63,897 bases of DNA, filler included, from SAR324 cluster bacterium (GCA_022574555.1; 3 parts of 3 records of this genome joined end to end with filler, not necessarily neighbours in it); one strand, 5' to 3'; shown: positions 27,887 through 38,004, counted from the whole stretch's first letter. The notes: generated by a model not told the origin, from the sequence alone. Numbers and translations are program-made.

Positions 27887-28720
27887 ATGGCCAATTCGAC
27901 CGCCACGACCGCGCAGTCCGGTCCTCCATCCTCGGTTGCAGGAAATGTGAAACCGGCCCTGATGCAATTGGAGGAAATCGAACTGTCCTTCGGTGGGCTG
28001 ACCGCGCTGAACCGGGTGAGTCTGGATATTCGCAGTGGCGAAATACTGGGCATTATCGGACCCAACGGCGCCGGCAAGACTTCCCTGCTGAACGTGATCA
28101 ACGGCGTCTACCGCCCGCAGAAAGGGCGCATCCTGTTCCAAGGGCAAGATCGCACCAATTATCGCCCGCATCAGGTGGCGGCCCAGGGCGTAGCGCGGAC
28201 ATTCCAGAACGTCGGATTATTCAAGGGCATGACGACCTTGGACAACCTGCTGGCCGGGCGAAAATCATTTATTCACACCAATTTCTTCCTCCAGGCCCTG
28301 TACTGGGGTCCCGCCCTGAAGACCGAAGTGGCTCAGCGGGAAAAGGTGGAACAGATCATCGATTTTCTAGAAATACAGGCCATCCGGAATACACCGGTGG
28401 GCACTTTGCCGTACGGCTTGCAAAAGCGCGTGGAACTGGGGCGGGCACTCGCGGCGGAGCCCAAGCTGCTGCTGCTGGATGAGCCCATGGCGGGGATGAA
28501 CCTGGAGGAAAAGGAGGATATGTCCCGTTTCATCCTCGACGCCAACGAGGAATTGGGATACACCATCGCGCTCATCGAGCATGACATGGGCGTGGTGATG
28601 GACATATGCGACCGAATCGTCGTGCTGGATTATGGCTCCAAGATCGCGGAAGGGACTCCCGATGAGATTCGCAACAATCCCGACGTGATCCGCGCATACC
28701 TGGGAACGGACGAAAATTGA
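27887..28720 (+). CDS. HAAT-family ABC transporter ATP-binding protein (LivG-like)
   Basis: GPNGAGKT, ARTFQN, LPYGLQKRVELGRAL, LLLDEP, IEHDM and AYLG motifs. Confidence 0.93.
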   Translation: MANSTATTAQSGPPSSVAGNVKPALMQLEEIELSFGGLTALNRVSLDIRSGEILGIIGPNGAGKTSLLNVINGVYRPQKGRILFQGQDRTNYRPHQVAAQGVARTFQNVGLFKGMTTLDNLLAGRKSFIHTNFFLQALYWGPALKTEVAQREKVEQIIDFLEIQAIRNTPVGTLPYGLQKRVELGRALAAEPKLLLLDEPMAGMNLEEKEDMSRFILDANEELGYTIALIEHDMGVVMDICDRIVVLDYGSKIAEGTPDEIRNNPDVIRAYLGTDEN

Positions 28721-28774
28721 TTTCCGGCCTGCACCGCGCAAGCTCCGTTCCGCAATCGGCACCCTAAACCGGTG

Positions 28775-28815
28775 CGTTACGGCAATTTTCGTTACGGCAA
28801 TATTCGTTACGGCAA
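28775..28815. repeat. 3 x 15-bp tandem repeat immediately before the permease RBS
   Basis: CGTTACGGCAA at 28775, 28790 and 28805; GAGGAG follows at 28818. Confidence 0.9.
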
Positions 28816-28831
28816 ATGAGGAGATTCGACG

Positions 28832-29728
28832 ATGGTGGATGAATTCTGGTTCGCCATGGAGGTGTTGATCAGCGGACTGCTGCAAGGCTTCATGTATTCT
28901 CTTGTGGCCATCGGCTTCGTGCTGATCATCAAGTCCTCGGGAGTGTTCAATTTCGCCCAGGGTTCCATGTGCCTCTTTGCAGCCCTGGGATTTGTCAGCT
29001 TTTGGGAGGCGGGGCTGAATTTCTGGGTGGCCCTGGGTCTGGCCCTGGTGATGATGATCGTGCTGGCGGTGGTGATCGAAAGGGTCGTTCTGCGACCCCT
29101 GGTGGCCCGGCCGCCGCTGATTCTGTTCATGGCCACCATCGGGCTCGCTTTCCTCCTGGAGGGGCTGGCCCAAGCCCTCTGGGGCACCCAGCCCCACGGC
29201 CTGGAACTGGGAATTCCCGATTCTCCCCTGGAAGGGCTTCCCGTGGATATCAGCCAATTCGAACTTTTCGCCGCCGCCATATCGCTGCTGCTCGTGCTGG
29301 CACTGGTGATATTCTTTCATCGCACCCGCGTCGGGCGGGCCCTGCGGGCCGTCTCCGACGATCACGAGGCGGCCATGTCGGTAGGCATCTCGCTGCAGAT
29401 GATGTGGGGGATCACCTGGGCCATCGCGGGCGGGGTGGCATTGGTGGCCGGCATCATGTGGGGCACGCGCCTGGGGGTGCAATACAGTCTTACCCTGATC
29501 GTGCTCAAGGCCTTGGCGGTTTTGATCCTGGGTGGATTCAACAGCATCACCGGCGCTGTGGTCGCCGGGCTGATCATCGGCGGCTCGGAAAAACTGGTCG
29601 AGGTTTACCTGAACATAATTTTCGGCATCGGCGGCGTGGAGAGCTTCTTCGCCTACGCGTTGGCCATGTTCGTCCTGCTGTTTCGGCCCTACGGTCTCTT
29701 CGGAGACGAAATCATCGATCGGGTGTAA
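28832..29728 (+). CDS. HAAT-family ABC permease (LivH-like)
   Basis: YSLVAIGFVLI..SSGVFNFAQG, TRVGRALRAV, LILGGF.SI.GA and FRPYGLFG motifs. Confidence 0.93.
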   Translation: MVDEFWFAMEVLISGLLQGFMYSLVAIGFVLIIKSSGVFNFAQGSMCLFAALGFVSFWEAGLNFWVALGLALVMMIVLAVVIERVVLRPLVARPPLILFMATIGLAFLLEGLAQALWGTQPHGLELGIPDSPLEGLPVDISQFELFAAAISLLLVLALVIFFHRTRVGRALRAVSDDHEAAMSVGISLQMMWGITWAIAGGVALVAGIMWGTRLGVQYSLTLIVLKALAVLILGGFNSITGAVVAGLIIGGSEKLVEVYLNIIFGIGGVESFFAYALAMFVLLFRPYGLFGDEIIDRV

Positions 29729-29731
29729 GCC

Positions 29732-30793
29732 GTGATATTCCGCGAGAACGGCCAATACGCCGCCACTTATGCCAAGGACATGCGGATTTTCCGCTTGCGG
29801 GAAGACCGGGTTGCGGTGGCTGTTCTGCTGGTTGTCGCTTTCGTGGTGGTACCCCTGGTGGCCAACGACTATTGGCTTTCCAGCATCTTCACCCTGTTCC
29901 TGATTTTCTCCCTCGCCGCGTTGGGGCTCAACCTGCTCACCGGATATTGCGGGCAGCTTTCCCTCGGTCACGCGGCCTTCATGGCGGTGGGGGCCTATGC
30001 CGCGTTCAATTTCGCCGTGCGGCTGGAAACGCCGGTTCTGTTCAACTTTATAGGGGCGGGACTGGTCACCGCCGCGGCCGGTTTCGTTTTCGCGCTGCCC
30101 TCCTTGCGCATCAAGGGCTTCTACCTGGCAGTTACCACCCTGTCCGCGCAGTTCTTCATTGAATGGCTGTTCGTCTCGTTCAGCTGGTTCTCCGCCGGGA
30201 GCATGATGGGGGCCATAGACACACCGCCCATGCGGATACTGGGGTGGGCTGTGGAAACTCCCCGTGACAAATACCTGCTCACATTGGGTGTCGTGACGGT
30301 TCTGGCGTTGCTGGCGAAAAACCTGACCCGCGGGGAAATTGGCCGCTCCTGGATGGCTATCCGCGATCTGGACGTGGCGGCGGAGATCATGGGCGTGCGC
30401 CTGTTTCCGTATAAGCTGCTGGCGTTTGCGGTGAGCTCCTTTTACGCCGGAGTGGCCGGAGCGCTTTATGCTTTCTGTTACCTGGGCTCGGTCGAGGTCA
30501 CCGCTTTCGAACTGGCCCTATCGTTCAGGCTGCTGGGCATGGTCATCATCGGCGGATTGGGAACCATCATGGGTTCCTTCCTCGGCGCGGGTTTCATCGT
30601 GCTGCTGCCCATATTCATCAGTATTACGGTGGCCGCCTTCGCCACACGGGGATTGACGGACTTTCTTTCCAATTTGGAACTGATCGTCTTCGGCGGGCTG
30701 ATCATCTTCTTCCTGATCGTCGAGCCCTACGGATTGGCGCGGCTTTGGCACACGACAAAAGAAAAATTGCGCCTTTGGCCCTTCCCGTATTAG
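29732..30793 (+). CDS. HAAT-family ABC permease (LivM-like)
   Basis: LGLNLLTGYCGQLSLGHAAF, LRIKGFYLAVTTL, GRSWMAIRD and IIGGLG motifs. Confidence 0.93.
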   Translation: MIFRENGQYAATYAKDMRIFRLREDRVAVAVLLVVAFVVVPLVANDYWLSSIFTLFLIFSLAALGLNLLTGYCGQLSLGHAAFMAVGAYAAFNFAVRLETPVLFNFIGAGLVTAAAGFVFALPSLRIKGFYLAVTTLSAQFFIEWLFVSFSWFSAGSMMGAIDTPPMRILGWAVETPRDKYLLTLGVVTVLALLAKNLTRGEIGRSWMAIRDLDVAAEIMGVRLFPYKLLAFAVSSFYAGVAGALYAFCYLGSVEVTAFELALSFRLLGMVIIGGLGTIMGSFLGAGFIVLLPIFISITVAAFATRGLTDFLSNLELIVFGGLIIFFLIVEPYGLARLWHTTKEKLRLWPFPY

Positions 30794-30903
30794 AACAGTG
30801 ACGATAAATTTGGAGTGGTGGATGGGCAGCAGCCCCGCGATCTGACGGATCGAAAGGTATGCCGGCCCCTCCGTAAATTTAGCTGGATAACCGATTGGAG
30901 AAA

Positions 30904-32259
30904 ATGATGATACGGGCATTGCACATGCGACTGCTTTACTCCCTGGCCCTGTTGCCCTCCGCTTTACTTCTCGCTTTGGCTGGAAGCGCCGTGGCAGTGG
31001 ATGTCCAGGACGACGAGCAATTTGTCCCGATCCTGATTTACCGCACCGGGCCTTTCGCGGCCGGCGGAAGCGGAATCATGGGCGGCTTCGAGGACTATAT
31101 GTCCCTGCTCAACGAGCGGGACGGCGGACTGGACGGTGTCAAACTGGTCTGGGAGGAATGCGAAACCGCCTATAACACCGATCGCGGAATCGAGTGCTAT
31201 GAGCGATTGAAAAACAAGGGCAAGTACGGGGCGCCCGTGATGCATCCTCTCAGCACGGGGATCACCTATGCCCTGATCGAAAGGGCCACCAGGGACAAGA
31301 TCCCCATCGTCAGCCTGGGCTACGGCCGCACCGACGCTACCGACGGCACCGTCTTCCCCTACATTTTCCCGCTGATCACCAATTACTGGTCCCAGAGTAC
31401 GGCCAAGATCCGCTACATCGCCAGCCGGGAGGGCGGGGAGGACAAGCTGAAGGGATTGAAGATCGTCAATCTGCACCTCAAGCATCCCTACGGCATAGAG
31501 ACCATTCCCATTCTGGACGTGATGGCCGAGAAATTCGGGTTCGAGGTCACCCATCTCCCAGTGCCCTGGCCGGGGATCGACCAGAAGTCCTTGTGGCTGC
31601 TGATCAAACGGATCAAGCCCGATTGGGTCATCAACCGCAACTGGGGCGTTTCCTGCACCGTGCCCCTGCGCGAGGCAGCTCGGATCGGGTTTTCACGGGA
31701 AAAAATTCTCGGCGTCTGGTGGTGCGGATCGGAAGAGGACGTGGTCCCGGCCGGCAAAGCCGCAATCGGCTATATCTCCACCAATTTTCACGGGGTTGGA
31801 AGGGATTTCCCCGTCATTCAAGACATCCTGGAGCACGTCTACGGGAAGATGATGGGAAACATCTCTTCCACCCGTGTCGGATCGGTCTATTACAATCGGG
31901 GCATCATTTTCGGCATCGTGACCATGGAAGCGATGCGGCTGGCCCACACCAAATACGGCAACCGGCCCATCGGCGGCCAGGAAATGCAATGGGCCCTGGA
32001 AAATCTGGACATCACCGAAAGCCGGATCGAGGAAATCGGCGCCACGGGACTGATCTCTCCCTTGAAAACCTCCTGGCGTGACCACGAAGGTGGCGGGAAA
32101 GTGCTGATCCAGCAGTGGAACGGAACCAAGTGGGTGCGCATCAGTGATTGGATTGAACCCTACGCCGACTTGGTGAGAGATATGATCAAGAAGTCCGCCG
32201 CGAAGTATGCCAAGGACAAGGGCATCACGCCACGCACCAAGCCGGAGGAAGGTATCTAG
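30904..32259 (+). CDS. HAAT-family ABC substrate-binding protein
   Basis: Signal peptide; YRTGPFA, NERDGG, ECETAY, PLSTGITY and GYGRTD motifs. Confidence 0.9.
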   Translation: MMIRALHMRLLYSLALLPSALLLALAGSAVAVDVQDDEQFVPILIYRTGPFAAGGSGIMGGFEDYMSLLNERDGGLDGVKLVWEECETAYNTDRGIECYERLKNKGKYGAPVMHPLSTGITYALIERATRDKIPIVSLGYGRTDATDGTVFPYIFPLITNYWSQSTAKIRYIASREGGEDKLKGLKIVNLHLKHPYGIETIPILDVMAEKFGFEVTHLPVPWPGIDQKSLWLLIKRIKPDWVINRNWGVSCTVPLREAARIGFSREKILGVWWCGSEEDVVPAGKAAIGYISTNFHGVGRDFPVIQDILEHVYGKMMGNISSTRVGSVYYNRGIIFGIVTMEAMRLAHTKYGNRPIGGQEMQWALENLDITESRIEEIGATGLISPLKTSWRDHEGGGKVLIQQWNGTKWVRISDWIEPYADLVRDMIKKSAAKYAKDKGITPRTKPEEGI

Positions 32260-32281
32260 CATCGCCTTCGAACCGCGTACA

Positions 32282-32316
32282 GGGAAGGGCCGGCAATGAA
32301 ACGCCGGCCTTCACCC
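32282..32316 (+). terminator. Stem-loop after the binding-protein gene (mRNA stabiliser or partial terminator)
   Basis: GAAGGGCCGGC-aatgaaac-GCCGGCCTTC hairpin. Confidence 0.45.
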
Positions 32317-32377
32317 GTTCCAGTCGCCGGGCTTTATTCCCAAGCCAATTCCACTATTCATTCCAAAGGCGAATTCT

Positions 32378-33199
32378 GTGTCCGCTGAAATCGCGCCGCA
32401 ACCGCTCCTGCAGGTCAACAACATCGAGGTGGTCTATGACCACGTGATCCTGGTGCTCAAAGGGGTATCCCTTCAGGTGAATCACGGCAGCATCGTGGCG
32501 TTGCTGGGTGCCAATGGTGCGGGTAAAAGCACGACGCTCAAGGCCATTTCCAATCTTTTGCGGGCGGAACGTGGGGACGTCACCAAAGGATCCATCACTT
32601 TCGAGGGCCGGCAGATCGGCAAATCAGATGCGCCCCAGCTCGTCAGGCGGGGGATCATTCAAGTAATGGAAGGCCGACGCTGCTTCGAACACCTCTCGGT
32701 GGAAGAGGACCTCATGACAGGTGCCTATACGCGAAGAGATGGCCGCGCCGCAATCAAGCAGGACCTGGAAATGGTTTTTAACTACTTTCCTCGCCTGACC
32801 ACGCGTAAGAGCACCAAGACAGGCTATATCTCCGGGGGCGAACAGCAAATGGTGGCTATCGGCCGTGCGCTCATGGCCCGGCCCAAATTAATGCTGCTCG
32901 ATGAGCCGTCCATGGGTCTCGCTCCGCAACTGGTCGAGGAGATCTTTCAAATTATCGTACGTCTCAACCGCGAGGAAAACGTTTCCATCCTTCTTGCCGA
33001 ACAAAACGTCAATCGCGCCCTTAAAGTGGCGGATTTCGCCTATATCCTCGAAAATGGACGGGTCGTTTTGGACGGGGACGCGGAAACAATCCGAAAAAAT
33101 GAGGACGTGCGGGAGTTTTACCTGGGACTGACGGAAATCGGCAAGAAAAGCTATCGGGATGTCAAACACTATCGTCGTAGAAAACGCTGGCTGGCCTGA
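32378..33199 (+). CDS. HAAT-family ABC transporter ATP-binding protein (LivF-like)
   Basis: GANGAGKS, VMEGRR, ISGGEQQM, LLDEPSMGLAP, AEQN and RRRKRWL C-terminus. Confidence 0.93.
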   Translation: MSAEIAPQPLLQVNNIEVVYDHVILVLKGVSLQVNHGSIVALLGANGAGKSTTLKAISNLLRAERGDVTKGSITFEGRQIGKSDAPQLVRRGIIQVMEGRRCFEHLSVEEDLMTGAYTRRDGRAAIKQDLEMVFNYFPRLTTRKSTKTGYISGGEQQMVAIGRALMARPKLMLLDEPSMGLAPQLVEEIFQIIVRLNREENVSILLAEQNVNRALKVADFAYILENGRVVLDGDAETIRKNEDVREFYLGLTEIGKKSYRDVKHYRRRKRWLA

Positions 33200-33234
33200 G
33201 CGACTCGGCCTATTTCGTCCGAACATCCATCGGT

Positions 33235-34749
33235 TCAAAGATTTCCTCTATATAATTCCTCCAACCGGGGAACCTCTTTATCCCAGTTATAATATTTGTC
33301 GATGACGTCCTTTGCACCGTCTCTTATCCGATTCCACAGCTCTTTGTTACGAAGAAGATTAATTATCGAATTTGCGAAGTCCGCTGGATGATCCGCAACA
33401 ACGATCGATTTACCATTGAGATATTTCATCCCCGAAACACCAATACTTGTCGACACCGTTGGGCGCCCTACCGCAGAGTACTGATTTATTTTGCCGCGGA
33501 TTCCCGCTCCGTTGATTAGCGGTGCAACAAGTATCTGCATTGGTTCCAGAGAACGCACGATATTATCCACTTTACCGACATATATTATCGATTTATCATC
33601 GCAATACTCCCCTCGAATTGCCGCCAAGTCGCCAAATCCGAATACGTGGAACGTATAGTCCGGTATTTCATTTACAATTTTCTCATGCACATTCTGAAAA
33701 TACCATCGCAGTCCATCTACGTTAGGATAATGATTGTAGTACCCGAAAAACCCCACGGTATTTGGCATTATATTTCTATCGCCGTGCTTTCCATCTACAT
33801 GGTCCAAAATAAATGATTTCGAGACGCAGGTAGGAATAACATGTATTCCTTCCAACCCTAAATGCCGCATAAATCCAGCATCATCATCCGTTACGGCGAC
33901 TCCGTCATCGCATACCATAAGGGCGTTTTTTTCTAGGCAGCAGGTTCGTAGGAATTCTATTAAATTATCAGCTGCTGTTTCCGCATTATCTTTAAAATTC
34001 ATCGTGAAATCAATCAAGTATCTTCGGCTTATGCACTCAACCATCGTAAATACCGAACGCTTTCCATAGTGTTTTATCTTGGGGATGAGCGGCACGGTAT
34101 TTAGATATTGAAAATCGATGACGTCATAGTACCTTGGTTCGATATTTCGACCAGACATCCATTTCATAAAATCTACATCGCTCAAGCCGTCGAGTCGAAG
34201 ATCCCGTACCAATTTCTTTATGTTTGCCAATGAACTTTCATCAGTATTTTCATTATAAATCGTGTAGAGATCGATTTGATGGTTAGCACTCAGAGATGAT
34301 ATAATATCAAGTAATCGCAATCCGCCACCATGCATTGGTGAAGGAAACATACCGCTGACAATCAAGATTTTTAGCCGGTCTCCGGTTGGTTCTAGTACAC
34401 GATGGCCTTCCAATTTCGAGACTGTGCGGGCGTATCTATAATTGGATTCTCTTGCAAGAATGATCGAAAGCTGGTCGTGTACGGCATTTTGATCGAGTGA
34501 TATAATATAATTCAGGTATATTTTTGACAATGTATGTCGAATTTCAGTTGAATTCCACCCGATGAGTGGGGTCAAAATCGCGCATAGGGTTTCGAGGTTC
34601 TGTTTGGCGAGAATAGATCTTTCTGTTTCGGCTCTATGTACATTTACGAGGAGCGTCTTCATCGCTGAAGTCAACCCCAAATTTCTCGCAAGATATTTTA
34701 TGATTGAAATCATATATTGATATTGCCACGCCGTAATATCAGTCGTCAA
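33235..34749 (-). CDS. Glycosyltransferase family 4 (GT-B) with N-terminal extension
   Basis: FPSPMHGGGLR, HYPNVDGLRW, VAPL..GAGIRGKI, GRPTVSTSIG and YYNW motifs. Confidence 0.85.
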   Translation of the reverse strand: MTTDITAWQYQYMISIIKYLARNLGLTSAMKTLLVNVHRAETERSILAKQNLETLCAILTPLIGWNSTEIRHTLSKIYLNYIISLDQNAVHDQLSIILARESNYRYARTVSKLEGHRVLEPTGDRLKILIVSGMFPSPMHGGGLRLLDIISSLSANHQIDLYTIYNENTDESSLANIKKLVRDLRLDGLSDVDFMKWMSGRNIEPRYYDVIDFQYLNTVPLIPKIKHYGKRSVFTMVECISRRYLIDFTMNFKDNAETAADNLIEFLRTCCLEKNALMVCDDGVAVTDDDAGFMRHLGLEGIHVIPTCVSKSFILDHVDGKHGDRNIMPNTVGFFGYYNHYPNVDGLRWYFQNVHEKIVNEIPDYTFHVFGFGDLAAIRGEYCDDKSIIYVGKVDNIVRSLEPMQILVAPLINGAGIRGKINQYSAVGRPTVSTSIGVSGMKYLNGKSIVVADHPADFANSIINLLRNKELWNRIRDGAKDVIDKYYNWDKEVPRLEELYRGNL

Positions 34750-34819
34750 ACCGCTACTCCGGCTTTAGGTGTTCTCCAGCAAGGTGCATGCAGAGGATTG
34801 TATCCAGCACCACCGATAG

Positions 34820-34859
34820 AGTGAATACTCCACCGCCTTTAGTCGGTGGAGTATTCACT
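34820..34859. repeat. Perfect 16-bp inverted repeat overlapping a stop codon (terminator or IS200/IS605-end-like palindrome)
   Basis: AGTGAATACTCCACCG-cctttagt-CGGTGGAGTATTCACT. Confidence 0.8.
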
Positions 34860-35814
34860 TGGTGCTAAATTCGGCAGGATTGTTGCCCGTCGTGAAACGA
34901 AAGTGGCTGGTACTCATGACTAGTGCAAACAAAATACCGTCTCCCAGCAAACTGACCAATCTAAATCCCACCGAGAGTCCTATGGCCGGCCCCCCTCCAA
35001 ACAACGGATCGCATAGTGCGACAATGACAGCCTCGCGGACGCCGAGTCCTGCTGGAGCGCCAGGTGTCAGAAAGCCGGCAAGCCACGCGACGGTGGTAAT
35101 TCCGGTGAGAGTCAATAGATTTGTTCCGGAAATATGAAAAAGTCCGAATCCAATAGCATTCATCGCCGCGCCCAATAGTACAAAGCTAAGTACATAGCAT
35201 GAGAAGACTACCATTAGGACTTTAATACTAGGTATTCTCAAATTATAGGTTTCAAAACGTGGTGATACTCTGCGAATTATCCACTGCCACACAAGTACTG
35301 CGAATACGGGAATTGAAAGGGATACAACAACGGCCGCTACGATTTTCCAATCTTGCAGTGATTTATCGATTAGAACGGATATTTCTGATTTTATTGTAAA
35401 CAATGCTATAAGTGATATTATACCGCCAGCGCTGACTGTCCAACCTGCCTCCATAATCATGGTCAGAATTACAGGTGGAATACGCAGGCCTTGTCGTTTT
35501 GCCAACGCGATCCTACCAACATGTTGTCCAATATTACCAGGAATGTATTTACCGATTTGTGAAAGCAAAAAGATCCGCATAATAATTTTAAATTTCTTTT
35601 TCTCTCCGATACTTACGAGCATGTAATGCCATATTAATCCGCCGATTATTACTACGATGCAATATAGTACTATTGCTACTGAGAAACTAAATACGACAAT
35701 TATATCCCAATCGATACTAGGCAGTAGCGATACATTACGCATACCATGGCGAACAAGAAAGATCAGACAAAATATTACCACCGTAATGCCGATTAATTGA
35801 AATACTCGTTTCAT
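34855..35814 (-). CDS. Lysylphosphatidylglycerol-synthase-like TM domain protein (UPF0104, putative flippase)
   Basis: Multi-TM protein with SQIGKYIPG and PGAPAGLGVRE motifs. Confidence 0.88.
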   Translation of the reverse strand: MKRVFQLIGITVVIFCLIFLVRHGMRNVSLLPSIDWDIIVVFSFSVAIVLYCIVVIIGGLIWHYMLVSIGEKKKFKIIMRIFLLSQIGKYIPGNIGQHVGRIALAKRQGLRIPPVILTMIMEAGWTVSAGGIISLIALFTIKSEISVLIDKSLQDWKIVAAVVVSLSIPVFAVLVWQWIIRRVSPRFETYNLRIPSIKVLMVVFSCYVLSFVLLGAAMNAIGFGLFHISGTNLLTLTGITTVAWLAGFLTPGAPAGLGVREAVIVALCDPLFGGGPAIGLSVGFRLVSLLGDGILFALVMSTSHFRFTTGNNPAEFSTK

Positions 35815-36611
35815 TTACGACGCATATGCACCAGATAACCGGCACCTAGATCTGTATGAACAAACAGTCCTTGAAGTTGTAGAAAGAAAAACATCACGAC
35901 AGCAATTGGAAAGCACGACATTAACCGGTATACAAATACCGGTAACGATCGGTCAACTCCGCTACGATCGTTCCTGCTCTTGCGAGATAATATCTGGGGC
36001 TGTGAGTCCCGTTCATTTTCAAGTTGTTTGCCGTGGTACCGTGCGCGAATGGGTTCGACCAAGTTTGCCAGAGGGAACCCATAGCTTTCGAAACCCAAGA
36101 TCAGGAATCCAACACGTTGTAACAATTCGATTAGACCTGCCTTCTCGTATCTCCTAAAGTGTCCGGCCCATATATCCGATTCTGTCCACCGGGACATGCC
36201 GGCCGGAACCGAAACAAACAACGCGCCACTAGGGCACAACCAGGAAGACCATTGACGGAGAGCGACTTCGTCTTTTTCGATATGCTCAAGAACTTCAAGG
36301 GCAATAATATAGTCGAATTCGCCCAACCATTTCTGCTGGGGCTGATGAAATATGTCTACCTTTGGGTTATCATGATTGACGTGTTTAGCGACACCCCGGG
36401 CTTGATCTGATGTTTCCAACGCACTGCAGGTAAATCCCATCCGGGATAGTTCGTAAAGCAGAGTACCGGCTCCACACCCTATTTCTAGTAAGCGGCCCGG
36501 AGGGATACGACGCAACAGCCGCATTAATCTATGCCGGCGAAGCAGGTAGCTAGGAAGTGGAAACCAGCCTCGCTCCTCGGCACTCGGCCCGTACAACCAG
36601 TGAATTTTCAT
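35811..36611 (-). CDS. Class I SAM-dependent methyltransferase
   Basis: LLEIGCGAG, FDYIIALEVLEHI, SVPA and GHFRRY motifs. Confidence 0.9.
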   Translation of the reverse strand: MKIHWLYGPSAEERGWFPLPSYLLRRHRLMRLLRRIPPGRLLEIGCGAGTLLYELSRMGFTCSALETSDQARGVAKHVNHDNPKVDIFHQPQQKWLGEFDYIIALEVLEHIEKDEVALRQWSSWLCPSGALFVSVPAGMSRWTESDIWAGHFRRYEKAGLIELLQRVGFLILGFESYGFPLANLVEPIRARYHGKQLENERDSQPQILSRKSRNDRSGVDRSLPVFVYRLMSCFPIAVVMFFFLQLQGLFVHTDLGAGYLVHMRRK

Positions 36612-36667
36612 TTTGCTATTCCAACAACGTGAAGGCCCATATTTCCGACGATATTTCAATGCACAAG

Positions 36668-37846
36668 TTAAACTCCAACGTGAATGCGAGACAGGTGAGA
36701 CATTAAATTGCGTCCTATACTACCAGGGTGTATGGTCTGTCGAACAGCTTCGTGCAACGGCCGTGTAAGTAAATAAGTCTTGCGAAGGCGAAACTCATTG
36801 ATTGCACCAACCAGGCATTTTGGATCGCCGGGCGGTATCAAAAATACGCCCGGCATATTAGGGTCGAGCAATTCTCGAATAGCGGGCGAGTCTCTGGTGA
36901 TAAGCGGGGCACCAGTAGAAAGGATTTGGAATACTTTGTTGGGAATTACCATGCCTGCTTTACGGGAAGTACCAAAAATCCCGAGGCAGATATCTGCATT
37001 ACAAATTATTTCAACCAATTGGTCGTACGGAACCCATGGAACCCAGGTAAGCGATGGAATTGGATCACTATTTAAAAGCCGCTGAACTGAAGCTGCTTCC
37101 TGGCCACGACCTACTATAATCCACCGGATAGGCAAATCCTTTGCCAACCGAGCGGCCTCGATGATTGTCAGGATACCGTGGAGTGGTATGAACTGACCAT
37201 AAAATAGAATCGTAGTCGTAGATTCCGAGTTTATAATATCCTTCTCAATGTTTCCGGTTGCCGGGAATATCTCTGGCTCTGCGCCAACGAAAACCGACCC
37301 TATGCGCTCAGCGCAAATTTGAAACGTTTCCACAAAATATTGGGCATGGGCTTTTGTATCAACCAAGACCAAATCTGCCGCGTGGCACGCAAGCCATTCC
37401 CAAATATAAAGTAATAATGCAAGCGGATGCCTTGAGTGCACCAACTCTCGATCTTCGACTACAGTATTGTAAAGTGACAAGAACGCATCCCACACTATCG
37501 GCACACGACGAAGTCTTGCAAATGGCCATATCACTAAAATATCCAAATGACCCATATATGGGACGATGACAATATCGTGCCGCGATATTCGCAAATAACG
37601 CCAGATTAGTTTTGGGTAGCTGCTTAGCCATCTACCAAACACGCGAATTACCGCAACCAAACCACTAATCCGGGATTTATCTTCAACTCCACCCCACACG
37701 TCTTGGTGACACTCAACAATGTCTACACCTGCTTCGCGAATTGCTCGGAGCAATATTCTAGTTCTGGGCTTACTCAAATCGTAGGTGCCCCAGGCAACAA
37801 TCCGAATGTTTTTATCGTATACGGTCTCCAGTGTCGCTTTATGCAT
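36668..37846 (-). CDS. Glycosyltransferase family 4
   Basis: ILFYGQFIPLHG, ADICLGIFG, VIPNKVFQ and PLITRDSPAI motifs. Confidence 0.9.
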   Translation of the reverse strand: MHKATLETVYDKNIRIVAWGTYDLSKPRTRILLRAIREAGVDIVECHQDVWGGVEDKSRISGLVAVIRVFGRWLSSYPKLIWRYLRISRHDIVIVPYMGHLDILVIWPFARLRRVPIVWDAFLSLYNTVVEDRELVHSRHPLALLLYIWEWLACHAADLVLVDTKAHAQYFVETFQICAERIGSVFVGAEPEIFPATGNIEKDIINSESTTTILFYGQFIPLHGILTIIEAARLAKDLPIRWIIVGRGQEAASVQRLLNSDPIPSLTWVPWVPYDQLVEIICNADICLGIFGTSRKAGMVIPNKVFQILSTGAPLITRDSPAIRELLDPNMPGVFLIPPGDPKCLVGAINEFRLRKTYLLTRPLHEAVRQTIHPGSIGRNLMSHLSRIHVGV

Positions 37847-37923
37847 AAGAATGATCTCTTAATAAGGATCGTATCGGTCAAGCAACAATCTAATGGAACA
37901 ACGCAATTTAATCTCTTTGGGTC

Positions 37924-38004
37924 TAATTCCCCGCCGCTTGCGGCGTAAGGGAAGTAGAAATTTCGATACCGGATACCCCGCCGCTTGCGGCGGGATCATT
38001 CATT
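37924..38004. mobile_element. Putative minimal non-autonomous IS200/IS605-derived element (PATE-like)
   Basis: Two copies of hairpin CCCCGCCGCTTGCGGCG (37929 and 37976) about 30 nt apart, the second followed by GGATCATTCATT; no transposase gene. Confidence 0.55.

Noticed and set aside
28775..28815. Possible mini-CRISPR array
   Set aside because: The unit is 11 bp with 4-bp spacers, far too short, and there are no cas genes.
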